A program made the position numbers and the translations under genes. The notes beneath the pieces are model-generated. The model worked only from the letters and a program-made list of their open reading frames with translations. It did not search any database and was not told the DNA's origin. A stretch of 64,000 nucleotides of DNA from contig CAJINV010000015.1 of NCBI GenBank assembly GCA_905178155.1, positions 395,309 through 459,308 of the forward strand. Direction: 5' to 3'. This document shows positions 38,401 through 50,700 of the stretch, piece after piece. Source of the stretch: Amoebophrya sp. A120. Its lineage: Eukaryota; Protista; Dinoflagellata. The first letter of the stretch is position 1. Each line of letters starts with the position of its first letter.

Positions 38401-39384
38401 GGTTAAGCCGACGAGACACATCGACAGCAGTATCGAAAGGAAAAATCCCCCCTCCCCATATCAAAACGGAATTTCTGATGCTGGATTTGTGTACACAAAT
38501 CAGCTTTGTATTGCAGAGAGGCACTGCGGCCAGATCCCCAGGCAAGGTGGGGGCGTATGGGTCTAGTTGTTCAGCATGGCAAACGGCTCCCCTTTAGGCC
38601 CAACAGCATGACAAATCGCTTCCCTATTAATGGGGCGGAAGCTTGTTCTGCCCTTGTCTTCTTGCAAGACAAATGCGATTTGTGACCTCAAAGCAGCAAC
38701 ACAAATTTTCGGAAACATACCTTTTCAATATGGGGAGGGGGGATTTTTCCGCACGATAAGCAGGTAAAGGAAATCTAACAGCCGTTTCTGCAGCGCTACT
38801 TTGCTCGCGAAACTCCGTCGCGCGGGCGCTCCTGGCGGGGGTACAAGTTGGGGGGACCTGCTCCGACTGTTTTCGAACTCAACATATTCCTCATCGTTAT
38901 TTTCATTGCCGTTGTTCTTGTCATCATCTACGTGAAGGACGTAGTTCTTCTGCATCGCCTATCAAATGCAAATAGGTCTGGCTGTGGAAGATTGCGAGAT
39001 TTGTATTGCTGCACTCGCATATTACCCCTCAACTCTGTGATGCATGTTGTGGAATAGCGACGTCAACCCTCTGTCATACAAAAACGCGATTTCTCATGCT
39101 GGTTGCGCACGACGTAAGCGCTCGTGAATTTCTCATGCGTGGCTGCGTATTGGAATCAGTTTGTGATGCATGTACTATTAGCATCACAACTTTCCAGACC
39201 CAGACATATTTGCGATGCATATCGCCCCGAATACCTGGTCCTGCTTCGACGCGGTTCTAATCTTGCAACACGACAAATCTGCCGTGCCAGTTTTGCTTGT
39301 GTGGTCGAAGTAGCTCCCATCAACTTGGTGGTGCTGAAGCAACAGAGGTTGCTCGAGGTGCTGCATCTTTGCGTTCTGGTTCAT
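35407..39384 (-). CDS. Major facilitator superfamily transporter (SLC18B1/VAT-like); 7 introner introns
   Basis: IAPILP, VGSVFAVYS, RLLGGIG, GPPIG, LVEP, GTIADR and GLIIGPLLG; multiple TM helices reassembled across elements; one junction (37414-37591) not resolved exactly. Confidence 0.85.
35568..35829. mobile_element. Introner family A
   Basis: TIRs; DR catca. Confidence 0.9.
35896..36136. mobile_element. Introner family D
   Basis: TIRs; DR agcaa. Confidence 0.9.
36697..36986. mobile_element. Introner family C
   Basis: TIRs; DR atcag. Confidence 0.9.
37414..37591. mobile_element. Degenerate introner (family I-like, TATCCACAGTAAAT)
   Basis: Left end matches the TIR of 50746-50896; interrupts the MFS frame; DR unclear. 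Confidence 0.6.
38089..38375. mobile_element. Introner family A
   Basis: TIRs; DR cgatc. Confidence 0.9.
38431..38758. mobile_element. Introner family G
   Basis: TIRs; DR agcag. Confidence 0.9.
38960..39221. mobile_element. Introner family A
   Basis: TIRs; DR tcgcc. Confidence 0.9.
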
Positions 39385-40652
39385 TTCCTACTTCCTTAGA
39401 ATCAAACAGATTTCCTTCCGGATTCTGTTTGTCTTGGTTTTCTCGTTTGAGGGATGAATTATAACGGCAGACGTAGAAAATTTGGCTACTTGTTGTTATT
39501 CGAAGCGGCTGCCATATTAATTTCACTCTTTCATAAAACAAAATCCCTACCCGGTTCTCTCTCTGTCTTGCAGCTGCACTTTGTTCCAACTACTCCCTCC
39601 CCGGTTCTACATACACATACTCTCTCCTGTCTTGCATTCTGTTGCATCTTATTGAGTAGTCTCCTGCCTACAGCATCGAAATCGCCTTTGCCTCCACTCG
39701 TCTCTACTTCATGAAGAATGCATTCCCAGCAATAGATACTGCCTTGTCGAAAACCCAAGACTAAGGTACACGACCTCTACAAACAACCAAAATCAGGATT
39801 AATTAAAAATCGACGGTACGGCTCTCTTCCGTATCGTGCGATTGGGGAAGCAAGAAGCAGAAGCAGAACTTACTAGAGCCGGTAGTGAAAATTTGTGTGA
39901 CCTGGCGCGGAAATGTTTTTAAACCACGGCAACGGGAACCGACTACCGGTGGTTGTTTTGGGATTTTTCAAAGACGTGCTTGATTGCAAGACAAAATGTA
40001 GTCACATAGACATCATCTAGATAGAAGTAGATGAATCCATGATCGCGCCAGGCCGCGGTTTCATCTTTTTTTATCGCATTCGTTTACAGTTTACAGTTTA
40101 CAGTGTTCGCGTAGTACGCGAGACTTCTACTCAAAATGAGGAGTCTATTTGAGGAACTTCAACGTGAAGAACCTCTTGATTTCAATTTCAGAACAAATTC
40201 TTCAAAACTGTGTGCGCTCAAGCTGGTCGTATCTGCATACCGTATGGCTACCGCATAGCTCATCTACTTTTTCGTTTGATTTATTATACGGCCTATCATT
40301 TTTTCCCAGCCCGTCACGAAGCTCGTGCGTCTCTACGAGGACATAATTCTGTTTTAAGTAAATAAGGCACTGTAGTGAAAGAACTGTGAACTGTGTTCAT
40401 TTTACTTCGCACCGAAAAACAAAAAGTTCTCTAGCTTGCTGGCTGGAGAATAAAGTAAGTACTTAGTTAAGTGGCTGCAATGTCATTTCTCATTGTTCTG
40501 TAGTTCCAAAATCGAAGATCTGTTGAATCTTCTCCGCCACATTCAAAATTCGTGAATTCTGCTGCTTGAAAAACAGTCTTTTAGCTTAAAGAGCTGTATT
40601 TCCGCGTCCTCCACGATTTCCACCAGCGATAACTGCCGTCGCCACGTCAATG

Positions 40653-43276
40653 TTATTTCGGCGGGTTTTGCAAAAAGCTTCTGGTTCCATTCGAAGAGGC
40701 AGTAGAAGAGGAACTGCTACTGCTCCCTCCCGTGGTAGATATCAAAGAAAACAAGTCCGTCACGATCACTCACGTCACGATCACTCATGCGCATTCTTGC
40801 ATATACAAAATTGTTTGTCATACGTAAAAATGCATCACAGCCAAACTTCATTAGGGATTTCCCTAGTGTTTCTGCAATACAGGGAAAGTTTGTGATGCTG
40901 AGAAAATTTGTAATGCAAAACCTGCAAGTGAGTGACTGTGACAAACTTTTTTCTCTCCATAGTAGAGGTTCCGCCAACACTGTTCACCACAACAACCTGC
41001 TGATTTTCAAGAGCATCCACCTGGTGCTCTGCTGTCCCCGCCAACATAATAATTCTTGCACGTAGATCCTGCACAAATTTGTGGGCAAGTTGTTTGTAAT
41101 TCTTTCTACTGTCGTCGTGGCCCGTGCTGTCTCGGAGGTTCATCCGCTTGGTATAATTTCCTGTCCCGGCTGCATCGTCTCGGCCGTGTTGAGAAAGATG
41201 AAGGCGCAGAACCGGAGTTGTCCTGGCTGATGCAGTAGGATGAACTGAAGGGTTTGCGGCTGTAGCACGACGCCGAGTTCTGTCGACAAAACAAGCCTGA
41301 TGCTCTTGATGCTCAGAAGTATTACAAGAGTGAAGATCGCCTTCCTCCACCTCGTCTACTTCATCTTCACTCCCGCAAGAAGGTGTACCAATATCAGACA
41401 CAGCGGAGTCCGTCTCGTGATCTCCGACTTCATTAGTTGCAGTACCAGTCGCGTGGTTGTTGGCCCAGGTCCCCGTCGCGGCCAGCACAGAAGGTGGGAG
41501 AATTTTCCTTGCCCCACCACCAACTCGCACCCGCCCCGCCCCGCCATCCCGATCGGGGCCACCTCCGGGTCCGTATGAACTGCAAAAGTATCCTATCGTA
41601 CTAGTACAAATTGCATTACAAATTTGATCAGCATGAGAAACGGAATTTGTCATGCTGTTTTACTTTGAAAAGAAGATTTGTCATGCATATACTGCAATTA
41701 GTACGACTACGATACTTTTGCACAGGATAGTCCGTCCGGGCCATCAAACTGCGTGCTCGAAACGCCAAAACACGTCATGCCCTCGGGCGGGTCCGCACGA
41801 CTGCCGTCGTCGAAGTCGTGCAGAGGTAGAGGTCCTGGCTCACTTCTCAGCTCCTCCCGTTCGCGATACACCGGCACCGCGTGGTAAATTTCTCGTCGGG
41901 GTGGGAGGAAATCTTCATCGTCTTCGCCGCCACCAGCCGCCACGGAATTGCGACGCATCCTCTCGTCCTCAGCCTCCCGCTGCAACCTCCGTTGTTCGCG
42001 TTCCTTTTCCTCGATCTTTCTTTTCTCCTCTTCGATCCCGTCCTGGAATATGAACTGCAAAAGTTAGTATCGTACCCGTAAAAACTCCTCAGCATGAGAA
42101 ATTAAATTTGTAATGCGGATTTACCTCAACAAAAAGATTTGTAATGCATGATTGCAATACGAGTACGACACTTTTGCACAGGATATGGAAACTTTTGTAG
42201 CAATGTTTGTTCGCCAGCTATGGCGTTCTCACATGTTACATCCTCAACTGTTACACGATTTGTCATGCAAAGTTGCAATCAGAATCGGCACGATCAAGCT
42301 GCTTCGCATGACAAATTCCCGACGAGCCCAACAGGCTGAGAATCTTTGCCAAATCTGTCATGCAAGAAGCGCAAGGTCCTCTATTTCGCTGTTGCAGTTC
42401 TTGCATCACAAATCCATGTTGTAACAGTTGAGGATGTAACAGTTGAGAACGCCATACCAGCGCAAACCTGAAGCGGTGCTTGCTGCTGCACAGATCGCGC
42501 AGGGACGTGGTCCGCCCTTGCAAGATTCTCGCAGCGGCGGAGACCGTGGGGGGGTCGTCGTTTTGCCACCAAGGCTGAAACTGTTTCTTGTCCTTGTTCT
42601 GTTGTTTGTGTTCCCACGACAGTAAATCGTTTACTTCCTGCACCCGCTCCTCAATTGTCTTCGTGCTTGTTTGACGGACGTCGCCGAGTCTGGAGCTGAG
42701 GAAGGGCATAATGTTATCAGTGAAGATGTTGTCCGGGAGTGTGGGAAGGAGCGCCTGGTCAACATCGACATCGTGTAGGTCATCTAGTCCATCTGTTGTA
42801 GCTGCATTCCCTGGAGCTCCACCAGAGGGAGCTGCACCGCCAGCAGTGTTAGTTGCGCTACTCGCACCACCGGAAAGATTTTGTTCTCCTGCGCAACTAC
42901 AATTATTATCGGAGCTCGAAGTTGTACTAGTTGTAACAAATTTCCGCAAGCGGCACCGCCGTTCCTCGCTCTTCTGCGTTCGGTCGGGAAGGCGCAGGGA
43001 CGTGTCGGAATAGACTTTGCCATTGTTATAAACCGTATTCGACTGGTTCAGGTTCTTCTGTAGGTTGTGGGATGTTGAAGAACCAATCGTACGCACGGCG
43101 AGGGCCGCTCCCTGCAGCAGCGAGGAGGTAGAGAGTCCGAGCGGGACTACAAACGAGGACTTTATGTAGAGGTGCAGCAACACGTACACGGTTTTGGCAG
43201 CTATCACGGTTGCCACACTACCGCGACGTTGGCCTCCGAGGGAAAAGGGGGTGCTCATCATGCTTCTTCTAGGCAT
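40653..43276 (-). CDS. Hypothetical protein (weak F-box-like segment LPDNIFTDNIMPFL); 4 introner introns
   Basis: ORFs 42263-43276, 41707-42060 and 40835-41653 join in frame after element removal; stop at 40653. Confidence 0.6.
40740..40961. mobile_element. Introner, TIR TAT..A.AGAAAA.AAGT..GTCAC
   Basis: Imperfect TIRs; DR gtaga. Confidence 0.8.
41574..41729. mobile_element. Introner family B
   Basis: TIRs; DR gtccg. Confidence 0.9.
42049..42185. mobile_element. Introner family B
   Basis: TIRs; DR tggaa. Confidence 0.9.
42219..42456. mobile_element. Introner family D
   Basis: TIRs; DR ccagc. Confidence 0.9.
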
Positions 43277-43708
43277 TTTAGTCCTTCTCTTGTGAACATG
43301 GATGTTTTTTTTTCACAATCAATGCAGGAGTATTTTATGCGGTAGAGACATATAAAACAGAAACAGATAGTTACAGAAGCAGCGATCCCATCAAAACAGC
43401 AGATGAGCCATTGACTTCTTCGTATCACAAATGCTCGAAAATGAAGTCTGTTCGTGGACAGATGAGCCAGCGCTATGTATTTGTGAAGTACAACACAAGA
43501 GGTGTATTGTTGGCAACATCAAGTTGTACTTGTATTGAAATGAATGAAACAGACCAACTATCGAAAGGATCACATGCAGAACAAGACGTCCTCCTTTACG
43601 AAGGGTCTTGCAACACACGGCCAGTGCCAGCTCATGTGTTCGATGCCTCCACTATCAAGTGATCATTGGACTATTAAAGGATCCTCGCTCGACCACGGGG
43701 TGGTCTAT

Positions 43709-44199
43709 CTGCAGCTAGTCCGTGTCTGCTTTCAGTGGAAGGCTCCGACGTTCTTGAAAACCTGTACTTTGAAAGCCTTTACTTTAAAGTCGATTTCTGC
43801 AAATTAGCCAGCGTTCGCTGCTTCACCATTCTGTGCGAAAAATCCGAAAAGTGCGCCTTTTCCTGTTTGAGGCGGGGCACGGCAGGCCACGGCCGGCGCC
43901 GCCTCGCTCGGGCCTGAGACGAAAACTAACCTCGCATCGATTTTTGGAAATTGGCGAGCGTCTGGAGCGGCACTTTGTGCGAAAAATCCGAAAAATGCAC
44001 CTATTCTTGTTTGAGGTGGGGCGGGCGCGGCTGCCGCGCCCTACAATTTGAACAGCGTCGTGAACTTGTCATGCACGTGCTGTATTTCATCTGGGGGTAG
44101 TTAGGAGAGCTACTCGCTGTTGGGTTGCAGCTGTAGTTAGTAGAAGTAGATTTCCCTGCAGCTAGTCCGTGTCTGTTTTCACTGGAAGGCTCCGACGTT
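43709..44199. repeat. Dispersed repeat with two units of about 140 nt, bracketed by direct repeats of about 43 nt
   Basis: ctgcagctagtccgtgtctg.tttca.tggaaggctccgacgtt at about 43709 and 44156; units and tail match 53135-53830. Confidence 0.75.
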
Positions 44200-44727
44200 G
44201 AAGGCCTTACTTTAGAAGCAGAAATTCAATGTCTCTCGTGGTGGTTGTAAAGCAGATTTGTTCTTCTGCACGGAGGACACATTTCGTCGAGACGCCATTC
44301 CTCGATCTTGAGAACTTGCACTGCAAGTGAGTTCGATGGTATAGAAAAGTAAGTATGCCGACGTACACCATAGGTACATACACACAAAGTCGTCGTCACA
44401 TTCTCGTGTCGTAGCAAAAGAAATTAGATGAAAAAGGGTATAGACCACTACAGTCCAGTACTCGTCAGCAAAAGTATCGTTAGAAAATGGAGTTGTAGAA
44501 GTTGAGAAGCAAGTAGTAGATTAATATTGCTTGATACAACAAGTCGTACTCGTAGTCGTAGACTTGTTTACAGTTTGCATTTACAGGTAGAATTAGTAGT
44601 ACGTACTTTTATTTTAGTTGACATTTGTTTTTTTATTTGATTTCCGGAGCACAAAGTGCTGGGCGTTCACGTTCATGGTCGATTGCCTCTTCCTGCGCAT
44701 CAACAGAGCCGAAAATTATAAACCCGC

Positions 44728-47700
44728 CTACGCCCAAACCGACCTCCCCTCGCGGTCACCCGGCTTGAAGGATATCGCACGAAATAAAACTCTGGTCTTT
44801 CGTCTTCACTGTGACAATTGCTTTCTTTTGGTATTTCATGACGTCGCACATGACAAGCCTGCTCTTGCGCATAAAACCAAAAATCTGTCATGCGTGCAGT
44901 TTGAATAGCGGAAAAAGACAACAGGCAGAGGGACGAATAAATCCTGCTGTGCAGCTCGTGCTTTATTTATTCCAGCATGCAAGACAAACTACACACCATA
45001 TCTCGGCTTGCATCTGCAACTGCCTCATCTTCAACACACGTGCACAGTGAACAAGGAGCAGACGTTCTTTTTTCCTGCGATACAAGAGAAACCCATATCA
45101 AATGCAAAAGTGTCTGGGTCTGGAAGGTTGCGAGATTTGTCATGCTTGTCTGGCATGACCAAAAAGTTTGTGATGCGTGTCCAAGAAGAGACCCTTTTGC
45201 CTTACATGCAAAAACGAAGCTGGTAATGCGAAAAACGCAACACAAAGAGGCGCAGATATTTCTCATGCTTGACTGTGCATTACAGAGCATTCACTATTCC
45301 CAACGCAGCACTACAAGTTTCCAGACCCCGACATTCTTACATTTGATAACCCACGGCGTTATCCCGGAGCCCGCGGTTCCAGCCACCCATGCGGACGCGC
45401 ATACCCTGATGTAGTTAATTTCGCGGTTCCTACGCATGATAGCGAATCCTCGTCATAGACACAATGCTCACACAAAATGAAGCTGGAAGCCGTTTTCTCA
45501 AATTACTGTATTATTCAAAAAGTTTATTTCTTGTTTTAATAATAAAATACGTCCTGCTGCTTGCCTTGTCCTTTACCCTTGCCCTTTCCTCCCTTTCCCT
45601 TGCCCTTAAAGCCCTTGCTGTTTGCCGTGACGATTCCCATACCGCTATCCTGTGTAAAAACGTCCCCACCCCAGAGTCGTCATTCAATTCTGCATGCTGA
45701 AGATGTTTCTCATGCGGAGCCCCATGAGAAGGATTTTCTAATCGTGTTTCGGAATTTGTCATGCTCCAATCAGCACGATGTGCTAGATGCTAGTGAACTG
45801 GCTAAACAGGATTACACTCCGAGACCAAACTTGTCATGCGCAACAGCCAAGCCTTGTGGATTTGTCTAGCAGATTTTCCATCTTGACTCTGGGGTGGGAC
45901 GTTTTTCCACAGGATAACCGCCCTTCTGACGGGGGGCGTTCGCGTATCGTGTGCGATTAAAGTGTCGGACGTCTTCGCTGTAGATGTCACGGAAGCCGCC
46001 CTCGCCTTTGTTCTGCCCTCGGTTGTTGCCATAACCTGTCAACGATTTGTGATGCGGGAAACGCGTTGTCTCGTGCGTACTTACTTTAGCATGCGGAACT
46101 ACATTCATAGTAAGTAGACGATTTCTATGTCGTCCAACGCAGGACAGATCCAGATCCAGCATGACAGATTGAATGCTTCAGTTTCAATAACTTCTTGGTG
46201 AATTTGTCATGCAATTTGCAGTACTAGTACTAGTTACGTACCTTGTCCTCCCTGTCCGCCCTCCATATTTTTCTGGTAATGCCCAGTCTTGTATCACGAT
46301 GGACAACTTCCCCTAGATCTGGCTTCCAATTTTTTCTTGTCATGCGAAATTACAATTACAGCACTAGCCTTTGCTTTCAAGGCCTGCAGTACAAGCTGCA
46401 GTACCACTTCAAACAAGACAAGGAGTGCTACAGTCTGTTCCTAGAGAAAAAAATTTCGTCATTATTCAAAAACTACGATTGAATTTGTGCTGCTGTGTCG
46501 CTTCGCATCAGATCTGAATCAAGCGGGATCGTCGAGAAGGAGTTGTCCTCTGTCATAACTTGTAGTCGACCGCCCGCTCGTGCTGGTCCAGCCCGTAACT
46601 GCACTTGTCTGCCAGGGTCAACGCCAGCCGCTGAAAATTGGTTTGCGAGTCCTCGGGTCGGACGATGAGGATGGAACTGGTCTTGTCCCAGGCAAAGGGT
46701 ACTTCCTGGTCGTTTATGCTTTGCAAAAAGATCATCGTACTAGTACAAAATTGCATGACAAATTTTGCCAAGAAGGAAAGTGGAATTTGTAATGCTGTTT
46801 TGCCCTAGCAAAATAAATATTTGCCATGCATATTTGCAATTAGTACGAGTACGATACTTTTGCACAGGATACCGTTGATCATGCGGCTGCAAATGCTGTG
46901 GATCTTCTCCTTCTATGAACTGCAAAAGTATCGCACTCGTATAAATGCATTACAAATTTCCTTAGCATGAGAGATAAAATTTGTAATGCTGATTTACCTT
47001 AAAAGACAGATTTGTGATGCAAGACTTGCATTTATACGAATGCGATACTTTTGCAGAGGATACCTTCGGTAGTTCGAACATTTCCGTCAACTTATCGCAC
47101 GGAAAAATCCCCCCTCTCTTTATCGAAAATGCACACCTGAGAAAATTTGTGATGCTTACTTATGGCCGCAAATTGTGTCTGTCTTGCAAGAAAGCAACGG
47201 CAAAGGCTCTGCCCCATTATGCAGGCGATTTGTAATGCTACTCGGCCTAGTACAGTGTAGACGCTCCTCATGCTTAAGTGCTTAGGCCACAACCTCTCTA
47301 CATTGGCATGATATGGGCCTGCAGTCCCCTAGTGCAAGACAAATCTGATTTGTGTACGCAAATCCAGCATCGGAAATTTCGGTTTGATGTGGGGACGAGG
47401 GGGGATTTTTCATTTTAATACAACTGCTTCAGGTCCAACGACTCGTAGCTGCTGGAATGCTTTAAACAGTAGCACCGGATGGCCTGCTCCTTCACCAATT
47501 GTTCCAGCAACTTCATGTCGATCAAGTCCGGCAGAAACTGCACCTTTGCCAGGTGCTGGTGCACGGCCGACTTCCAGTCCCCACGCATGACCGCCAGGGC
47601 CGTATGAAAGTGCACAACTCCTCCCCCCCTCATTTATGAAGCAAGAACGGCAATACAACCGTCAGCAAGAATGCTGTTTTTGCATGACGAATTTGCACAA

Positions 47701-50700
47701 TAGTGTAGTACTGTTCCGGAGTAGTTTGTCATGCAAACAGTGCCAAGGAACACACAGCCTGGATTTGGTGTTTTGCATGACAAATGAGGGTCGTGAGGGG
47801 GAATTGTGCACTTTCATAGGCCGCGTGCAGGATGTATTCTCGGGTCGTTTCCGGTGGGGTTTGGAACACATGCTTCTCCATCTGGTCCAAGTGCTATGAG
47901 AGTGCTCAACTCCTCCTCCCCCTCATTTGAAGGGCATGGATGAGTAGCATTACAAGCAGCTGCAGAAATGTGCCTTCCACATGACAAATCTCTTCTGCTT
48001 CTGCACACGGATTGTAGTACTGTTTCAGGTTCTGGTTCCAAAATTTGTCATGCACGCAGTGCTGAAAGGCAAGATGTGGATTTCTTTTCTTGCATGCCAA
48101 ATCATGTAAGTATCTATGAGGGGGGCGGTTGTAGTGCACTCTCATAAATGCTTTCTCAAGGCTCGGGAGATCAGCCGCCGGTGGCCGGGGTTGATATGAA
48201 ATGCAAAAGCATCGCACTCGTAGTAATTGCTGTCATGCATTACAAATCTTTTTGACAAGCGAAATCCGCATTACAAATTTTATTTCTCATGCTGAGGAAA
48301 TTTGTTACGAGTACGATACTACTTTTGCAATGCATAGTTGAGCTGCTGCAACAGCATGTTCGGCACCTCCAGCAAAAGTGCGGTCACCAAATGCGCAGCG
48401 TCCAGGTGGTCCAGCGGAATGTGCATGTGGTAGGGTAACTGCCTCCGTCTCTCCGTCTTTTCCTGCTCCGGGTTCCGTTCGTTAAAGCGCTGGAACGCGA
48501 CGCCCTGTGCCAGCAGCTCTTTGGACTTGTTGTAGGTGCACAGCTCCATGAGGTAGTGGTGCGCCTCGGGAATCAGGCCCATCCGGAAGGCACACAGACC
48601 TGGTTGACGTGGGAGTCGGAGTTTGTAGTCGCAATATTGTAATATCGACATGCTCGTGACCACACGTCGCACCCAAGCTTTATATATTCCATCTTGCAGT
48701 AGACTACATGTTCTTACGGAACTAGATACCGAGCTAAATCGCCCGAGTAAATCCAACATTGGCCGCCAGCTGCACTTCAGATTATTTTCAACGGGATCAA
48801 ATTCAAAGAGACACACCTTCCATTTTGGACCCCTGTTGGATTAGCTGGCGCATGCGGCCAAAGCGGAAAGCACAATCAAAGCGATTTTGCAAAATTGGCC
48901 AGCGTCCAGCCGTGATGAAATGCGTGCAAAAAATGAAAAATCACTATTTTCATGGCTGAGGACCGGTGGGTACTTAGTGGGCACAGGCGGCTGAGACGAA
49001 AAGAAATTTTAGGCCAATTTTGAAAAAATGGCGAGCGTCCAACATTATAAATTGCCCGAGAAAAATGGCAAGTCACTGCTTCCACGGCTGAGAACCGGCG
49101 GGTAGCGGGCGCAGGTAGCTTGAGCACGACAAAGAAATAAAAGCGATTTTGGATAAATGGCCAGCATTGCAAGGAATAAACGAAAAGAGATAAAGGGAAG
49201 GACGGGAAAACGAAAAATAACGCTTGCTGTGGCTGAGGACGGATTCGAATTCGTGACCGAGGACTTCTACATGAGAAACTTTTACGCAATCCCCAACAAG
49301 ATACATTAGAAGAACCCCCTCACAACTTCAACTATCTTTGGAGTTCTCGTCGTTCTTCAAAGTCTCATAGATACTTACACTGCAAGGTGTCGCACTCGTA
49401 TATATTTTATGCATTACAAATTTCCTCAGCATGAGAAATAAAATTTGTAATGCGGATTTACCTTAAGAGAAAGAGTTGTAATGCATGATTGCAATACCAA
49501 TACCTGTCTGCGCGAATGCGCGGTTGTAAAGAATCTGGGTGTGGGTTTCCACTTCCAACGAGCGCTCGTACATGGTCATGTAGTGCAACGTGTCCCGCGC
49601 AGCCCGAAACTGGTTGTGCAGGGCTTTGTGGTAGGCCCGGCAGAGTTCCGCACGTAAAACAAACACCTTCTCCGTGATCTGCCCCTCGCAGCCGGTCTCG
49701 ATAATGTCGCACAGCGTGTCGATGAGGTCGAAGGATTCGCCCGGCTCGGAAAATCCCCAGGATCCGAGCACGGAAGGTTCTGATAAAGTTTTTTGAATTT
49801 GTTGGCGGGATCTTGAACTTGTGATCCTCTCATGTTGGATGTTGTCTGCAGCTGCTCAAGGTCACTTGTTCCCTTACAAATTGTAGATAATTCTACCTCG
49901 TCCTACTAGTAGAACAAGGTGCAACGTACAGAGCGTTGTTTTTACGCGACGGCTTTTGCATGAAGATATAGCGGAAAAAAGATGAAAAGTTCAACTTGTG
50001 CGAATACTTTCAAACACGTCCATTCCCAACTCGGACTTCATGAAGTCGATGCAGATTTTGTTGTCGGTATGGAGAGAGAAAAGCTCATGCTCGAGTCGCA
50101 GCCAGTCAGTCTGACTATCGCAGGTTTTCTTGAATGCGAGATTTTCGTGGTAGCCTACACAGGTCTTTCTGGTATGGCAGTAACATCGCACAGAAATTTG
50201 ACTGCGATGCTTTGTTATGAGTGACACAATGGTTTTTGGTATATGCTGCAGCAACATTGCCGATGAGTGATCGCGCAGAGCGTTTTCTCCTTTGATACTC
50301 CGAATCCTGCTTGTAGTAAATGTGCTCCAACAATCGCGCCGCCGTTTTGCTCAGGTCCACGCCCTGCTCTTGCGATTTCATCTCGCCCTCGTGCTCCACC
50401 ATGTATTCCGTCAGGTCCTTCAGGAACAAAATCTGCTTGCAGGACGCGACTAAGTAGTCCTGCATTTCCTTGGTCGAAAACTGCAACGCCTTGAACAGCT
50501 CATCATCCAAGCGGAACACAGACAGGAGGAAGGTGCGCCAGAGTGTGTTCTTCGTGAACGTGTCATCCTGATCGTCGTCAGCTGTCGTTTATGTTGTATT
50601 GGGAATTACGCATGACAGATCTGGTATGATTATGTTGTATTGGGAATTACGCATGACAGATCTGGTATGCTTACGCATTTGCGCATCACAAAAAATTCTA

